Part shown: positions 40,457-48,350 of the stretch, piece by piece | Position numbering within the stretch: the first letter of the stretch is position 1 | Layout: every line of letters starts with the position of its first letter | NCBI GenBank assembly: GCA_944321085.1 | Contig: CALUJY010000005.1 | Coordinates: 40,123 to 104,122 of the forward strand | Direction: 5' to 3' | DNA: 64,000 nt | Origin: an uncultured Barnesiella sp. | GTDB taxonomy: Bacteria; Bacteroidota; Bacteroidia; Bacteroidales; Barnesiellaceae_A | Position numbers and translations under genes: made by a program | Notes under the pieces: model-generated | What the model saw: only the letters and a program-made list of their open reading frames with translations | Databases searched by the model: none | What the model was told of the DNA's origin: nothing

Positions 40457-42082
40457 ATGAGATTAGAAAAATGGTTTATATCAAACTTGGATGACTCGCA
40501 ACGTCAAATTATCATCCGGGATCCAAATGAAAACCTTATTGTTCAAGGTTCTGCAGGTAGTGGAAAAACTAACTTAGCTATACATCGGGCAGTACAAGCA
40601 AGTGCATTCAGCGATTCATACGCTATTGTTGTTTATACAATGGCGTTGAAACGTATGGTTGCATATGGATTAGAGGCATTAGATCTTGATAAAGAAAAAA
40701 TTGTATATGATTGGGCTTGGGAACATCGTGGTTTTGACTTAATTGGTGATGTCTATTGTCGTGGAAATATTAAGTCTGTAAATTCACATCCAGTCTATTT
40801 CCTAATTCAAGATGAAAAAGTTTACAAATTCGAAAGTTCAAGATTAGGCAGTTATACTGTTAATGCTAATGGTGTAAAAATTGATAGTAAATTCAAACGA
40901 TTAGAGACAAGCATCGATCCTTCGTTTATAAGGGATATGGGATCATATTCTATTTCTACCAATGTGGAAATTATTGATGGAAATAATTTTATACAACAAG
41001 GTGAAATTTATTATTTCATTGAAATATCAAACAAAAATGTCTTTATTGTCCAAAATGGTGAAATTCGCCAATTTGAAAAAGTACAATCGTACGATCAGGG
41101 CAAAAAAGATTACCCTAATGGCTTATTGGTAAGTATTGATTTCGCAGATTGGGTAGCTGAAACCTATTACCGAAACTTTGGAAGACGTATTTCCTGGTTT
41201 AGAGAAATTCCAGTTGAATTTGGGATCGATATTACGAATCCAGAAATGGTACTCATTCCAAGTGGTACACTATTTAGAAAAGCCGAGAGCAAAATTGATT
41301 ATCTTATCGTTGATGAAGCACAGGATTTTGATGTTTCAGACTACCAGTATCGTTTTCTTCCGAAGGTTAATAAAAGTATATCTCTTTTTGGAGACTCTGC
41401 TCAAAAAATCTATAATAGAGGTGCCAGTATTGATGATATAACTGCTGCTCTACGCTATAGAAGATTGTTCCTCAAATACAATTATCGCTTGCCCAAATCA
41501 ATAGCTAAGGTTGCGCAAGATATCGTATATCCATCAATAGACCTTTTATCTGATAATATGAAAGATGGCGGAAATAGTGACTATCCGCAGTACCCCAAAC
41601 CCGTTATTCAAAAATTTGAGTCTAAAGATAAGGAATTAGAGGCAATTCTTAACAAAATTCGTTTGGAAGATTTGGATGATGTTGCCATCCTCGTACCTTT
41701 AGAAAGTGATGTTAAATATGTACATGATTTCTTCTCGAAAAATGGTGTGCAAACTCAAGTCCTTTATAGAACAGGAAAAATTGCACCATACCGCACAATA
41801 AACACTCTTGATTTCACTAATAACGATTTGCCTTGTATACTTACATATCATGCGGCCAAAGGTACCGAATTTGACAATGTGTTTGTTCCATTTGCTAATA
41901 GTGCAGATATACCCGACAGGAACGCATTTTATGTTGCATGTACTCGTGCTTCACATAGCCTAACAATTTCTTTTTCAGCAAAGAAAATTACAGAATATTT
42001 AACAAATGTAAATCCTGATGCCATAGTTGAGCGTAATGTTCCTGACGATGCTTGGATTGGTACAAGACCCATCAAGAAATAA
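40457..42082 (+). CDS. superfamily-1 (UvrD/Rep-like) helicase/ATPase with a ~190-aa insertion
   Basis: Walker A 'GSAGSGKTN', motif II 'DYLIVDEAQDF', 'NYRLPKSI' (motif IV-like), 'LTYHAAKGTEFDNVFVPF' and 'YVACTRASHSLTISF' (motifs V/VI). A long insertion between Walker A and B contains two similar segments (VYFLIQDEKVYKFES / IYYFIEISNKNVFIVQNGEIRQFEK). Confidence 0.85.
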   Translation: MRLEKWFISNLDDSQRQIIIRDPNENLIVQGSAGSGKTNLAIHRAVQASAFSDSYAIVVYTMALKRMVAYGLEALDLDKEKIVYDWAWEHRGFDLIGDVYCRGNIKSVNSHPVYFLIQDEKVYKFESSRLGSYTVNANGVKIDSKFKRLETSIDPSFIRDMGSYSISTNVEIIDGNNFIQQGEIYYFIEISNKNVFIVQNGEIRQFEKVQSYDQGKKDYPNGLLVSIDFADWVAETYYRNFGRRISWFREIPVEFGIDITNPEMVLIPSGTLFRKAESKIDYLIVDEAQDFDVSDYQYRFLPKVNKSISLFGDSAQKIYNRGASIDDITAALRYRRLFLKYNYRLPKSIAKVAQDIVYPSIDLLSDNMKDGGNSDYPQYPKPVIQKFESKDKELEAILNKIRLEDLDDVAILVPLESDVKYVHDFFSKNGVQTQVLYRTGKIAPYRTINTLDFTNNDLPCILTYHAAKGTEFDNVFVPFANSADIPDRNAFYVACTRASHSLTISFSAKKITEYLTNVNPDAIVERNVPDDAWIGTRPIKK

Positions 42083-42091
42083 TTTTTAAAT

Positions 42092-43861
42092 ATGAAATAC
42101 TGGATAATTATAGACTCATGGAATCTTATGGAGACTTTTACAACAGAAAGTCTTTCACCACATATATTCTATTTGAAAAGAGCTTTCGGTAATGACTTGA
42201 CTAGATACATAAGTAAAGATGGAGAGCTTTTCAATAATCTTATTCTTTATAAAGAAGAACCTTCATCTCAATTTGCTATTGAATTAGATGATTCTCTATT
42301 CGACAAGTCTCTTTTGGCAGCATATAAGAAAGGAGAGACTTTCCTATATCCAAAAACGGTTTATTACCAAAAGGGTAAGGTTAGGTTCCGATTTAAAAAT
42401 CAAGACTCAATAAAAGCTTTTATCGCAGAATCAAAGATAATTTTTGAGGTTAAGACAATAGATAAATACTCTAGTGATTTCTTTATTGAAACTGATACGC
42501 CAAAGAAGGCTCCGTCCATAAATGGAAACGACTCTTTCCCATTTGATATTAATGAATACATTTGGGTTGATAATCTCTTTAATTCAGTTAAAGGAGGTAT
42601 CGTATCATATTTATGTGGCCTAAAGACATCTACAAGTTTGGAAAATCAGTCTTTAATACTTTCATTGACCTCTCTTAAAAATATGATTGCAGGATTAAAT
42701 ACTGTAGTTATGATGGGGGAAGAAAACGAGATAGACTATTCTCAGTATAAGATGTCATTGCTTAAAACGAAGAACGAATTTTTGCGATCTCCTTTTAAAA
42801 GTAAGATAAACTTATTCGAGGTGCTTAAACATATACTAGATGAAATAATATCACTTTCTACCCTTAGATTGGAGAAAGTTGCGGAACAGAAATCGCCTTC
42901 GTATAAACTCAAAATTGAACGACTGAAGAAGAAAAAAGCAGAATATGAAGATTTGCTATATAAACTGGAAGATTCAAACATAGGGAAGATAAAAGAAGAA
43001 TTGAACCGCATCAAAGAGCAAGAGGCAAAAATGGGTGAACTTGAGGGTAAAAAACGTAGATTCTTCCCAAAAGGTTCTCGTGAATATGAAAGGAAGAAGG
43101 AACTTAAAAATCAGATTATTAAATATAAGGAAAAAAATAGTGAATATAAAACAGTTTACAGAGAATATAAATCGATAGAAGCTTTATTGTCATATTCTGT
43201 TGTTGGAGTTACTCAATACGATGCCACTATCTCTTCTTTGTTTATTAGGTTTAGCGATAACATAAATGACATCCTTAAATTATTCAAATCAAGCCTTGTT
43301 AAAGATAACAAAGAAACGGATCTTCTTCCAAATTTAACAGTTTTAAAGAATGACGTAAAAATTGAAATAGAGGATGTTTCTTTAGAGGAAATAGTTCTCT
43401 ATAATATTATCTTCCATTTAATAGTATTTAATTCTAACGAAAAGTATAATGTCATCTCTGACAGTAAAATTGTTGAGTTAGTAGAACGTGTTGGTAAAGA
43501 ATTTGGTGAAAAAGAGATTTCAAAGTCTGTAATCGGAAACCAAATAATGAATACATTACGGACATTCTGGATGTATAAGAAACAAAAAACTGATTCTTTT
43601 GACATTCCAACTGACCTTCCACTTTTACAGGCTATCATGTCCTTTTTTATAAAGCCAAGGGGGTTTGACCAAATTGATAGATTTATGTTAAACAGAGGAT
43701 ATCAATTGAAAAAATACGCATATATGCTATGGGGAGCTATTGTTGGATATGCTTCCATTCCCAAAACATTAACTAACATAATTAATGATAATATTAAAGA
43801 GGATTTGTTGGATAGTTATCTTTCCTCTATTTATAGGTCGTTAGAAAATTGTAACATATAA
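42092..43861 (+). CDS. hypothetical 589-aa protein (central coiled-coil; no recognisable catalytic motif)
   Basis: Starts 9 nt after the helicase stop. Residues ~270-360 are a Lys/Glu-rich heptad-like segment (KLKIERLKKKKAEYEDLLYKLE…IKEELNRIKEQEAKMGELEGKK…). I saw no P-loop, nuclease or TM signature. Confidence 0.75.
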   Translation: MKYWIIIDSWNLMETFTTESLSPHIFYLKRAFGNDLTRYISKDGELFNNLILYKEEPSSQFAIELDDSLFDKSLLAAYKKGETFLYPKTVYYQKGKVRFRFKNQDSIKAFIAESKIIFEVKTIDKYSSDFFIETDTPKKAPSINGNDSFPFDINEYIWVDNLFNSVKGGIVSYLCGLKTSTSLENQSLILSLTSLKNMIAGLNTVVMMGEENEIDYSQYKMSLLKTKNEFLRSPFKSKINLFEVLKHILDEIISLSTLRLEKVAEQKSPSYKLKIERLKKKKAEYEDLLYKLEDSNIGKIKEELNRIKEQEAKMGELEGKKRRFFPKGSREYERKKELKNQIIKYKEKNSEYKTVYREYKSIEALLSYSVVGVTQYDATISSLFIRFSDNINDILKLFKSSLVKDNKETDLLPNLTVLKNDVKIEIEDVSLEEIVLYNIIFHLIVFNSNEKYNVISDSKIVELVERVGKEFGEKEISKSVIGNQIMNTLRTFWMYKKQKTDSFDIPTDLPLLQAIMSFFIKPRGFDQIDRFMLNRGYQLKKYAYMLWGAIVGYASIPKTLTNIINDNIKEDLLDSYLSSIYRSLENCNI

Positions 43862-43912
43862 AAAGAGAGTAGAAAAATTTAATATACGAACATAGAGTAC
43901 GTATATATGTAG

Positions 43913-43920
43913 TACTTTTG
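43913..43920 (+). promoter_or_regulatory. TAnnTTTG motif upstream of the retron ncRNA
   Basis: TACTTTTG lies 16 nt before the a1 repeat. The same motif precedes the three tRNAs and several genes in this window. Confidence 0.4.
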
Positions 43921-43936
43921 TAAAAGATAACAAGAT

Positions 43937-44163
43937 AAGGCGGTCTTTGGTAAGTTTGGAGTCTGAAACGAAATTTTGAACGTTGTCCGGCGTATTTGTC
44001 CGGATGTCTCCCTGTCCTTCGGAATCTCGGAGATAAACAATGTTAGTACGTTATAAAACAATACAGCACCATGTAAACTGTAATAGGTGAGATGAGTTGT
44101 ATTTAGATGTTTGGAATATACATAAAGAAAAGAAGTTTCAGCCTAAACCTCAGAGACCGCCTT
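43937..44163 (+). ncRNA. candidate retron msr-msd non-coding RNA
   Basis: AAGGCGGTCT (43937-43946) is the exact reverse complement of AGACCGCCTT (44154-44163). With G:U pairs the helix reaches 14 bp. The ~200 nt between them are ORF-free and contain local hairpins. a2 ends 18 nt before the RT start codon. Confidence 0.6.
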
Positions 44164-44181
44164 TAATTTAGAATAAAACAA

Positions 44182-45492
44182 ATGGATAAAACGGAAATAG
44201 CACAAATCGCATCACAGATGTCAACAAGAGACGAACTGTTGGCACTGCTCAATCGTATCAAGCAAGATGAGATGCGCGAATTGGGCTTTGATGCAGACAA
44301 GTTTTATCCATTTACGATGAAGCAACTTCTGTACTATTGCAACCCCAATCATGTATTCCATCGCTATCGTCAATTCAATATACAGAAGAAGTCTGGCGGT
44401 TTTCGCCAGATTACAACACCGCGTAATCGGAGTTTCATGATGCTTTTGCATTCACTGAATGAGATTTTGAAAGCTGTTTACATACCCTCAAAATATACTA
44501 TGGGGTTTACAGCGAAACGTTCAGTCGTGACAAATGCAGCAATCCATAAAAGTCAGAACTATGTATTCAACATTGACTTGAAAGATTTCTTCCCAAGTAT
44601 AGAGCAGGGACGAGTGATGAAACGTCTGACTTTGGCCCCCTTTAACTTTCCGCCACAAATAGCATTATTGATTTCGGGTCTTTGTTCTATGAGGGTTAAA
44701 CGAGACCAACCCATAGAAAGCAAACGACATGATTTGGACAAACAATATATGTACGTGCTGCCACAGGGTGCCCCGACATCACCAATCATTACCAACATGA
44801 TTTGCGATACGCTAGACCACAAACTGGCAGGATTGGCAAAGCGTTTTGGATTACGTTATACGCGATATGCAGACGACATCACGTTCAGCTCTATGCATTA
44901 TGTCTATTCTAAAAATGGTGAGTTTATAAAGGAACTTGCCCGTATAATACAGGCTCAGGGTTTTGTGATAAATGAAACCAAAACGAGATTACAGAAACTT
45001 GGAAGCCGTCAGGAGGTAACGGGGATTATTGTTAGTGATAAACTGAATGTTAGCAAGAAATATGTTCGTGAAATCAGAAGTTTGCTTTATATATGGGATA
45101 GGTATGGGTACTCGGCAGCAATGTCAAGATTTTTCCCAAAGTATAAAGCGGAAAAAGGACATATAAAGAAAGGCAATCCAGATTTGGCTAATGTGCTCGA
45201 CGGGAAACTTATGTATTTGAAGATGGTAAAAGGTGATGCCGATTCTGTATATGTGAGACTTTATACGAAATTTCAAGAACTTGTCAATAGAGATTCCAGT
45301 TCGGATAAGACCAATTCTTATGGTATTACCTACATTGAGTCTGTTCCTTTTCTGAAATTTGAAAAAGAAAAAAATACAGAGATTACTATTTATCATAAAG
45401 CCGATAAAGTAACAGTTCTTGATAAACCAATAATTAATATAGATGAGTTAAATAATGACTTAGATATACTATTGAATATACCAAATGGATGA
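44182..45492 (+). CDS. retron-type reverse transcriptase
   Basis: 'FNIQKKSGGFRQITTP', 'NAAIH' (retron NAxxH), 'FNIDLKDFFPSI', 'LPQGAPTSPIITN', 'YTRYADDITFS' (YxDD) and 'RQEVTGIIV' (retron VTG motif). The ~120-aa C-terminal extension beyond the thumb is unassigned. Confidence 0.9.
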   Translation: MDKTEIAQIASQMSTRDELLALLNRIKQDEMRELGFDADKFYPFTMKQLLYYCNPNHVFHRYRQFNIQKKSGGFRQITTPRNRSFMMLLHSLNEILKAVYIPSKYTMGFTAKRSVVTNAAIHKSQNYVFNIDLKDFFPSIEQGRVMKRLTLAPFNFPPQIALLISGLCSMRVKRDQPIESKRHDLDKQYMYVLPQGAPTSPIITNMICDTLDHKLAGLAKRFGLRYTRYADDITFSSMHYVYSKNGEFIKELARIIQAQGFVINETKTRLQKLGSRQEVTGIIVSDKLNVSKKYVREIRSLLYIWDRYGYSAAMSRFFPKYKAEKGHIKKGNPDLANVLDGKLMYLKMVKGDADSVYVRLYTKFQELVNRDSSSDKTNSYGITYIESVPFLKFEKEKNTEITIYHKADKVTVLDKPIINIDELNNDLDILLNIPNG

Positions 45493-46372
45493 GAAAATAC
45501 GGGTCACTATTAATAAGATAAGACTTTTAGCAGAACAAAATTCGGAATTTTCTAAGGAAATGCGGAAACTGTTTGGAAAAACAGCTTCTGCATTTGATGT
45601 GAGCATAAATTCAAGTCTTTCTTCAGATATTATAGCGATTAGATCTGCCTTAGAAATAAGAGCTAATGCAAGTATCACATATAACTTCGTCAAAGATCAA
45701 AGACTACGTGACCAACTTATCATAGATAACCTAAGAATGGAAAACGCAGCATTAAATTTGCAGTGTATAGAAGCCGAGCGTTTTTATGTATTCTGTGTAA
45801 ATGCTTTTTATCAAGTTGAAAATATTATCAACTATTTTTATCATTCGGCTTTCCCAGAAATTGAAGTTTTATTGAAAGAAATTGAGGGAGCTACACAAGA
45901 TGAAAGAAATGATTTTAAATTCAGACGTACAGGAAAAGAACAGAATGTTAGCAGTATTCCTGTTGCCCATAAAATTAATGCCTTTTTCAATGCCTATTTG
46001 CCAGGAGAAGGTCCTTTGAAATGGTCTATTGGAACTCTCAGACAAGTTAGAAATGAAGGAGAGCATAGATGCGATGTCATTAGAGAAGAAAAAGAGGGAA
46101 GCAACAATATGTATAAATTCTTCAAATGCAAGACCTTTGATAATGTAAGGAATGACCTTATCAAGTTTGTCAGTGCTATTGAGTATAATCTTAGCAAAAA
46201 AGAAGAATTAGATTCTGTAATAACGTCAAAATTGCCTAGTATTTGTTATGTGTTGTTGAGAGGAAATAGTGTACAACTTCCCAACATACTATTTGAAAAA
46301 GTTAAACACCTTAATAAAGGTGATAAGGTTGTTCTAACTGTTATTGGTGATAAAATAATTGATGTGAGCTAA
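45485..46372 (+). CDS. RT-coupled 295-aa protein with HEPN-type RNxxxH motif (putative retron effector)
   Basis: The start overlaps the RT stop (ATGGATGA, 8-nt overlap). 'LRQVRNEGEHRCD' (R189-N-E-G-E-H194, nt 46049-46066) fits the R[NHK]xxxH HEPN signature and is preceded by predicted helices (ERFYVFCVNAFYQVENIINYFY). The assignment rests on this single motif. Confidence 0.55.
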   Translation: MDEKIRVTINKIRLLAEQNSEFSKEMRKLFGKTASAFDVSINSSLSSDIIAIRSALEIRANASITYNFVKDQRLRDQLIIDNLRMENAALNLQCIEAERFYVFCVNAFYQVENIINYFYHSAFPEIEVLLKEIEGATQDERNDFKFRRTGKEQNVSSIPVAHKINAFFNAYLPGEGPLKWSIGTLRQVRNEGEHRCDVIREEKEGSNNMYKFFKCKTFDNVRNDLIKFVSAIEYNLSKKEELDSVITSKLPSICYVLLRGNSVQLPNILFEKVKHLNKGDKVVLTVIGDKIIDVS

Positions 46373-46833
46373 CAATAGCATTAAAATTGATAATATATAT
46401 GAGTAAGATATAGCCATAAAAATACTAGAGAGTTGAACTCAAACGTATCTTGAAAGATGAATACTTGAAGTGGATTGCGTTTTGCGAATACATAGAGTCT
46501 AGTAATATATTTCGGTACGGATAACAACAATAAAGTCTGTGCCTTGAAAGATAGCATGGAACCATTAAAAGTTATTCTAAATAAGGAGATAGGCTACATG
46601 CGACTGGATGTTAGTGTTTTCTATATTCTTTCAACCTCGTCATAACCTGTTTCAGGCATGGTCACGAATTGGTAACGTTGTGATATTCTAACTTGGCTTT
46701 TTCATTGCATTTTCTGTCTTTCATTTTTTAGCTATTTCCCCAAAATGCCTATCTGTCAATAACTTTACTGCATTTTTCTGTTTATCACTTTTTATTCGTA
46801 TTTTTGCATAGTAAACTCTATAAATTCGACAAT

Positions 46834-47382
46834 ATGAAAAAATCGTATGTTTTCTTAGCCGAAGGTTTCGAAGAAATAGAAGCCCTCGCCGTTGTAGATA
46901 TATTACGCCGTGCCGGTATGCCCGTAGAAACGGTTTCTGTGACTGCCGAAAATGTTGTTGCCGGAGCTCATGGTGTGCCGGTTGTGGCCGACAGTTGCAT
47001 AGGTGATGAATCGCTCTATGTCGATGCCGAGTGGTTGGTATTGCCCGGCGGAATGCCCGGTATGACCAATTTGGCCGCTTGTCGTACGCTGTGTAATGCC
47101 CTGAAAGCTCATGCCGAGGCCGGTAAACATACCGCTGCAATATGCGCTTCACCTTCGGTATTGGGAAAACTCGGGTTGCTCGCCGGTCGCAAAGCAACAT
47201 GTTATCCCGGATTTGAAGCCAATCTTACCGAAGCTTCCGTTACGGGAGAACGTTGCACGATAGACGGTAATATAACCACGGCAAACGGTCCTTCGTCGGC
47301 AGTGATTTTTGCCCTTTCCCTCGTAGAACAATCGATGGGCGAGAAAGTGGCGCAAGAGGTTGCCGCAGGCATGTTGCTGTAA
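46834..47382 (+). CDS. DJ-1/PfpI-family protein (YajL/ThiJ-like)
   Basis: 'KSYVFLAEGFEEIEAL…', the nucleophile-elbow 'AAICASP' and a C-terminal 'GPSSAVIFAL'. The TATTTTTG motif lies ~30 nt upstream of the internal ATG 46834. Confidence 0.85.
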   Translation: MKKSYVFLAEGFEEIEALAVVDILRRAGMPVETVSVTAENVVAGAHGVPVVADSCIGDESLYVDAEWLVLPGGMPGMTNLAACRTLCNALKAHAEAGKHTAAICASPSVLGKLGLLAGRKATCYPGFEANLTEASVTGERCTIDGNITTANGPSSAVIFALSLVEQSMGEKVAQEVAAGMLL

Positions 47383-47397
47383 TAAAATCGTTGCTCC

Positions 47398-48078
47398 ATG
47401 CGCATAGATATACTGACCGTCCTGCCGGAGTTGCTAGATGGACCGCTCAACAACTCTATCCTCAAACGTGCACAAGACAAAGGCCTTGTTGAAATTGCCG
47501 TACACAATTTGCGCGACTATACCCTCGATAAGCATCGCCGTGTCGACGATTATCCCTTTGGTGGCGAGGCCGGTATGGTGATGCAGATAGAGCCGGTAGA
47601 CCGGGCTATAACTTACTTGAAGTCGCAAAGAGACTACGACGAGGTGATATTTACCTCGCCCGACGGAGAGCTTTTTACCCAGCCTATGGCAAACTCGCTC
47701 TCGTTGTTACAAAATATGATTATCCTTTGCGGCCATTATAAAGGGATAGATTATCGCATACGCGAGCATCTTGTCACGCGCGAAATATCGGTAGGCGATT
47801 ACGTGCTGACGGGAGGCGAGCTCCCAGCTGCCATCATTGCCGATGCCGTAGTGCGTCTTTTGCCCGGCGCTATCGGCGATGAGCAGTCGGCATTGAGCGA
47901 CTCGTTCCAAGACAACCTTTTGGCACCTCCTGTATATACGCGCCCGGCCGATTATAAGGGGTGGCGTGTGCCCGATATATTACTCTCGGGGCACCAGCGT
48001 AAAATAGACGAGTGGAAGTATGAACAAGCGTTGGAGCGCACTCGCCGTCTTCGTCCCGGATTGCTCAAAGAGGAGTAG
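47398..48078 (+). CDS. trmD: tRNA (guanine37-N1)-methyltransferase
   Basis: '[11 protein letters not shown]…', '[13 protein letters not shown]', '[11 protein letters not shown]' and '[14 protein letters not shown]' signatures. Confidence 0.95.
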   Translation: MRIDILTVLPELLDGPLNNSILKRAQDKGLVEIAVHNLRDYTLDKHRRVDDYPFGGEAGMVMQIEPVDRAITYLKSQRDYDEVIFTSPDGELFTQPMANSLSLLQNMIILCGHYKGIDYRIREHLVTREISVGDYVLTGGELPAAIIADAVVRLLPGAIGDEQSALSDSFQDNLLAPPVYTRPADYKGWRVPDILLSGHQRKIDEWKYEQALERTRRLRPGLLKEE

Positions 48079-48136
48079 TACGGTAACAAAAACAATGTCG
48101 TTTCGCTTTTGCCGATGAGGGCGAGAGATGATTATT

Positions 48137-48170
48137 AAGGAGTCCGGTATTTTTGCCGGACTCCTTTTTA
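48137..48170 (+). terminator. intrinsic terminator after trmD
   Basis: AAGGAGTCCGG (48137-48147) / CCGGACTCCTT (48156-48166), followed by TTTA. Confidence 0.7.
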
Positions 48171-48350
48171 TATGTGATAGCAGTTTCTGCTGTTGGTGTT
48201 TGAGGCGGGTAGACAATGAAATCGTTAGATCGGAACAATTTTACCTGTTTGTGTGTGGCAGACTGCAAAAACATGACAATATTTCATATATTTGCATTCG
48301 GTATGGATTTTGACTGCAATATTTGCAGATATCATATAAAACAGAATAAT

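Larger units (their letters stand above)
38700..46720 (+). other. AT-rich accessory (defence-type) island without integrase/transposase
   Basis: Composition shifts sharply between the ompA-family gene and the DJ-1 gene. All six ORFs/pseudogenes are on the + strand. Content is a WYL regulator, helicase, unknown protein, retron RT and a HEPN-like ORF. Confidence 0.6.

Noticed and set aside
40457-43861. Helicase pair as Gabija (GajA/GajB) or Hachiman
   Set aside because: The partner protein lacks a P-loop/ABC ATPase and a TOPRIM motif, so it is not GajA. It is far larger than, and unlike, a DUF1837-type HamA. The gene order also differs.
44182-45492. RT as a group II intron maturase or DGR RT
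   Set aside because: There is no maturase X, D or En domain and I saw no intron domain V/VI-like RNA. I noticed no Avd-like gene or TR/VR repeat pair. The NAxxH and VTG motifs and the flanking a1/a2 repeats point to a retron.
38700-46720. Island as prophage, ICE or transposon
   Set aside because: There are no integrase, transposase, relaxase, capsid or terminase-like ORFs. There is no adjacent tRNA, and I could not find flanking direct repeats by eye.
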